NCBI GenBank assembly: GCA_964544205.1
Contig: CAZJAE010000001.1
Location: forward strand, 1 to 27,460
DNA from: an uncultured archaeon
GTDB taxonomy: Archaea > Iainarchaeota > Iainarchaeia > Iainarchaeales > JAAZKV01
DNA: 27,460 nt
Direction of reading: 5' to 3'
Shown one piece after another: positions 26,282 to 27,460 of the stretch (the first letter of the stretch is position 1; every line of letters starts with the position of its first letter). The position numbers were made by a program, and so were the translations under genes. The notes below the pieces were generated by a model. The model worked only from the letters and a program-made list of their open reading frames with translations. It was not told the origin of the DNA and ran no database searches.

Positions 26282-27004
26282 ATGGTTGAGAAAAAATCGG
26301 CTAAAAGCGAAGTTAAGCTTTCTTCTAAGGAAAGCATTGCTGCTATTGCTCCTGTTTTGGAAGTTAAATCCGGCGAGGAATATTCAAAAGAGAAAAAAAA
26401 GTCCGCAAAAAAGCCTGACTGGAGGGTTTTCGCCGTCGCCGCTGTTGTTTTAGTGATAGTAGTTGCTCTCGCATTCATGTTTTTAGTGCCTAAGTATAAG
26501 TATTCTTACAATATAAGCGGGGTGTCTTATCTTTCAAACGAGTACACGCCTAGCGAGTTCTTTAACGGGCTTAGGGAGACTAAGGATGTTTATGTTTCTA
26601 TTGATATTGGCGAGCAGACAAGAGACCAAATGGTTGTTAATTCGCTTAACTTGTGGCTTGTGGCGCTTAACGCGGGGCAGAAGAACGCCGTTTCGCTTGT
26701 AAGGGTTATTGACTCAAACAACAATTTTGCTTATTGTTTGACAAATGACGGAAATGTGCTTGTCACTAAGAGGATTGAGTCTGACGAGTGCGGAGCTATT
26801 CTTTCCGACGCTTCAAAGATGAGGATTATTATTAGCATTGGGAAAGAGAACGCAGCGTATCTTTCAAATAACGAGCTTAAGGTTTTCGCCACCGGGAGCG
26901 ACACTATCAGCACTGTTAATTATCACGTGATTAAACAGCTTTACACTAACTTTGACGATTTGTTGCTCCTAGTTAAGGACAAGATTGGCGGCGTGAGCAA
27001 GTAA
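26282..27004 (+). CDS. Single-pass membrane hypothetical protein
   Basis: ATG at 26282, Lys/Ser-rich N-terminus, one TM helix (VFAVAAVVLVIVVALAFMFLV) and an extracytoplasmic domain. Confidence 0.75.
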   Translation: MVEKKSAKSEVKLSSKESIAAIAPVLEVKSGEEYSKEKKKSAKKPDWRVFAVAAVVLVIVVALAFMFLVPKYKYSYNISGVSYLSNEYTPSEFFNGLRETKDVYVSIDIGEQTRDQMVVNSLNLWLVALNAGQKNAVSLVRVIDSNNNFAYCLTNDGNVLVTKRIESDECGAILSDASKMRIIISIGKENAAYLSNNELKVFATGSDTISTVNYHVIKQLYTNFDDLLLLVKDKIGGVSK

Positions 27005-27079
27005 AGCAGTTAGTTTTGACTCAAAAGTATTTAATACTGTTAAAATTGTTCTTATTTACTGGGTTAAGAAAGTGAGTGT

Positions 27080-27460
27080 ATGTCGGAAGTAAAGCAGCTT
27101 GGTTTGTTTGACAGGTATTTTCTTTTCGGCGCTCTTCTTGCTCTAATGATTGTTGTCTTGATTCTCAGTTTTATTCTTCCGACTGTTTTTGTCTGGATTG
27201 TATTTAATTCTGTAGTGCTTTTTGGAATTTTGATTTACATTTTTCTTTACATTGCGTATCCAAAGAGCGGAAAATCAATGCCTCCAAAAAGGTTTCCGAC
27301 AATTTCAGTCATTATTCCTGTGTTTAATTCAAAGAACACTATTGAGCAGTGCATCAGCACGGTGAAGCAGATAAGGTATCCTAAAAAGATTGATATTATT
27401 GTGGTTGATGACTGCTGCACTGACGGGACGAGCGAGATTTTGAAAAAAATAAATGGGATT
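27080..27460 (+). CDS. GT2-family glycosyltransferase, 3'-truncated (absent from the ORF track)
   Basis: Manual translation from ATG 27080 gives two TM helices then ISVIIPVFNSKNTIEQCI...IIVVDDCCTDGT. Frame is open to the window end. Confidence 0.92.
   Translation, partial: MSEVKQLGLFDRYFLFGALLALMIVVLILSFILPTVFVWIVFNSVVLFGILIYIFLYIAYPKSGKSMPPKRFPTISVIIPVFNSKNTIEQCISTVKQIRYPKKIDIIVVDDCCTDGTSEILKKINGI

Noticed and set aside
1-27460. Stop-codon recoding or pseudogenes
   Set aside because: All recognised genes are full length under the standard code, with no internal stops or frameshifts seen.

Overview
Gene-dense archaeal chromosomal window with about 28 CDS and no recognisable rRNA, tRNA, CRISPR array or mobile element. 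The lineage is probably DPANN cluster 1 (Iainarchaeota/Micrarchaeota-like). This is an inference from unfused PriS and PriL, the S-layer signal peptide and the KAQSALEF-type pilin leader. Housekeeping content: RNase Z, LonB, SPFH, RpoL, Csl4, signal peptidase I, a replication/translation cluster (two tandem PCNA paralogues, priL, priS, GINS, aIF2-alpha, PAC2), a family-4 UDG, a large S-layer protein and a GT2 fragment. Most notable observations: (1) a class III (type IV pilin) signal peptide fused to a repeated stalk, a phage tail-fibre-like motif and a lectin-like head; (2) loss of metal-ligand cysteines in PriL, UDG and PriS; (3) two divergent tandem PCNAs; (4) a long RGG/FGG tail on Csl4; (5) a PRC-barrel-like tail on DUF373; (6) strong T-over-A skew on the + strand that only the S-layer gene escapes. 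All family calls come from motif recognition by eye. No database searches were run.
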